Source of the DNA: Callorhinchus milii
Lineage: Eukaryota
DNA: 64,000 bases
Reading direction: 5' to 3'
Assembly: GCF_018977255.1 (NCBI RefSeq)
Contig: NW_024704743.1
Span: 58,964,001-59,028,000, forward strand
Both the position numbers and the translations under genes were made by a program. The number at the start of each line of letters is the position of its first letter. The stretch's first letter is position 1. The notes under the pieces were generated by a model. It worked only from the letters and a program-made list of their open reading frames with translations. It made no database searches and was not told the origin of the DNA. Below, in pieces: positions 62,705 to 64,000 of this stretch.

Positions 62705-62837
62705 AAAGGGGAGAGAAAGTGAGCAAGAGAAATAAAAGTGGAGTAATATGATCAACGATAGAACTGTAGGTTTGAAATGCCATAGGACATTACCATTGAC
62801 AAGATACAAAACCATTATAATCCAGAACCTTTAAAAA

Positions 62838-62941
62838 AAATAATAATCCTTGCATTTGATATAGCACTTATCACGTTGTTGATATGTCTCAAAGCATTTA
62901 CAGAATATATTGTAAAGTGAATTGACTATGTATTATGTGGC
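62838..62941 (-). mobile_element. Composite SINE 3' fragment
   Basis: aataataatccttgcatttgatatagcacttatcacgt...gtaaagtgaattgact. Confidence 0.85.
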
Positions 62942-64000
62942 ATGAAACCAAAATGCTGACTTCTTGGTCATTTGTTGTCACATGCATTTTGAAACACAGA
63001 TGGAGCACATTTTAGATTTTTTGGTTAAGTAAATGTCAGGGTCCATATTTCAATTGTATAAAAAGTAAACTTATAAATGGTCGCAAAGCAAGTTCTACTG
63101 TATAAAGATGGAAATTATGAATTTAATTCAATCGGCTTGCCAATAGTGAAAAATAACGCAAACAACTAAGAGAGAATTAACAACAGCACACAGAGGCATG
63201 TTGTATTATGATTAAGCTTGGATGTTAGCCATGTTTAACAAGATCAATATTTTAATAATTTATAGTAGGAACTTTCTAACTCAGCAGTAGAAGTGCAGCC
63301 ATTAAACAATTGTTTTTCCCTTTGGTAAGTAATGATTTTATATCCTCAATTTTATCAGAGGAATTTGATTTCTCTTAACAACTGCTTGACGTATTTTAAT
63401 AGGAATATATAGGACCAGAAAATATTGCAGTCCATCTGGCCTGGCTCAAAATTTTTAAAAATCATCAAAACATTTTAATTTAAAAAGCTATCCCAATTTC
63501 TTCTTAAATTTGCTGACACAATCTTCAACTCAATAAGATCTCCCACGAGTCCTCTACTGTATTGATCATTCTCAGCTTCTATAGCTTCTCCTCGAAACGC
63601 AAGTGTCCTCTTTCTGCCCATCAATTTAGCTACCTTCCGTGCACCCCCTGCAATGCCAACATTCATTACATTTATTCGTTAAATAAAATGCGACCTGGAC
63701 CTAAGAATTGCAGCAGTAAATTCTGTTCACAAACAGAGTAGAAATGCGATATAGAAATTCCAAAATGCATTGACCTGCTGTTCCGAGATGCCAGCATGAA
63801 TTTTCGTGCAGCCAAACGTTACTTGTATATAGGTGATTGGCTAAACTTGCAATGCCTCTAAATTTCTTCACCACACAAAACCATTTTAAACGGCAATTTT
63901 CTGCTGTTTCAATTCACTACAATTCCTATCTGAATGCCATCAGCAAATTTGCATTTGCTGCCCTCCATTACTTTTCCAGGCAGATTTATATATGGAATGA

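Overview
This is eukaryotic vertebrate genomic DNA, most likely from a cartilaginous fish and probably a holocephalan such as Callorhinchus or a chimaera. That assignment is inferred from the repeat landscape: abundant L2 LINEs, shark-type CR1 3' ends and Deu/SacSINE1-type SINEs. The window appears to lie wholly inside GLCCI1 (FAM117C) on the minus strand. Two internal phase-0 coding exons are clear: 37728-37817 ([30 protein letters not shown]) and 14451-14567 ([39 protein letters not shown]), separated by a 23.2-kb intron. I could not find the neighbouring exons, so they probably lie outside the window. The rest is intron filled with 5'-truncated L2 and CR1 LINEs and at least three tRNA-derived SINE families. 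Nearly all ORFs in the track are LINE fragments or chance. I see no prokaryotic-type systems (CRISPR, operons) and no convincing novel protein-coding system. The most interesting non-routine signals are: (1) a patchwork direct-plus-inverted local duplication with perfectly conserved cores at 34.3-35.4 kb; (2) a two-copy family of ~100-nt palindromic hairpins at 40.5 and 52.5 kb; (3) a composite young SINE with an intact tRNA cloverleaf, a deletable central domain and an L2-shared tail; (4) several fold-back TE pairs that could form dsRNA in the pre-mRNA; (5) a CAGCAG tandem splice acceptor. Repeat boundaries were estimated by eye, and family names come from remembered consensus sequences, not database searches.
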